A stretch of 64,000 nucleotides of DNA from Halorhodospira sp. GTDB taxonomy: Bacteria; Pseudomonadota; Gammaproteobacteria; Nitrococcales; Halorhodospiraceae. The stretch is from positions 2,773 to 66,772 of the forward strand of contig JBKGYE010000003.1 in the NCBI GenBank assembly GCA_046546255.1. Direction: 5' to 3'. The position numbers were made by a program, and so were the translations under genes. The notes under the pieces were generated by a model, which saw only the letters and a list, made by a program, of their open reading frames with translations, did no database searches and had not been told where the DNA came from. Below are positions 63,702 through 64,000 of the stretch, one piece after another (position 1 is the first letter of the stretch; each line of letters starts with the position of its first letter).

Positions 63702-64000
63702 ATGATCGATCAGAAGACCATTGATGAGTTGGCGCAGAAGCTGACAGCGAGCCTGCCGGCTGGTGTCCGGGAGTTCCATGAGGAGATCGAGAAGAATGTC
63801 CGGGCCTCGTTACAGGCTGGGTTCTCGCGGCTCGATCTGGTGACCCGCGAGGAGTTCGATGCCCAGGCTAAGGTCCTGGCGCGTACACGCGCCCAGCTGG
63901 AGGAGATCAACCGCCGTGTCGCCGCACTGGAGAGTGGCGGTGGCGGTAGCTCTAGCCCTGCCACCGGTGATGGGGCGGATGACCTAGGTGGCACCGACCG
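63702..64000 (+). CDS. ubiK: Ubiquinone biosynthesis accessory factor UbiK (YqiC/BMFP); runs off window
   Basis: Not in ORF track. MIDQKTIDELAQKL..EKNVRASLQAGFSRLDLVTREEFDAQAKVLARTR; divergent from glnK. Confidence 0.9.
   Translation, partial: MIDQKTIDELAQKLTASLPAGVREFHEEIEKNVRASLQAGFSRLDLVTREEFDAQAKVLARTRAQLEEINRRVAALESGGGGSSSPATGDGADDLGGTD

Overview
High-GC gammaproteobacterial replication-origin region, almost entirely core genome. Gene order and strongly acidic exported domains suggest a halophilic Ectothiorhodospiraceae member (Halorhodospira-like; inference only). Left to right: ctpA(partial)-envC; yibN-secB-gpsA; glnA-ntrB-ntrC; a THUMP-less PP-loop thiouridylase-like gene plus tusA; glyQS-gmhB-plsC; gyrB-recF-dnaN-[oriC]-dnaA; rpmH-rnpA-yidD-yidC-mnmE-[3 parS]-mnmG-rsmG-parAB; atpIBEFHAGDC-glmU-USP-glmS-oxyR-uvrD; LOG; polA; cydAB-cydDC; argS-ftsN-like; speA/speE; an outer-membrane barrel gene with fetAB; glnK-amtB; ubiK(partial). 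I see no mobile elements, CRISPR arrays, rRNA or tRNA genes, and no convincing large novel system. The best leads are in non-coding DNA. (1) The Ntr circuit looks rewired: two NtrC boxes overlap the arms of the glnA terminator and sit upstream of a sigma54 promoter that starts at the ntrB ATG, while glnA has NtrC boxes but no sigma54 motif. (2) oriC lies between dnaA and dnaN and has two opposed, phased DnaA-box arrays plus a box/GC/trio unwinding module. (3) Three parS sites abut a probably leaderless mnmG-rsmG-parAB promoter. Unusual gene couplings worth testing are PP-loop+TusA, a tandem USP inside glmU-glmS, oxyR-uvrD overlying attTn7, and OM barrel-fetAB. All calls are by eye; no database searches were run.
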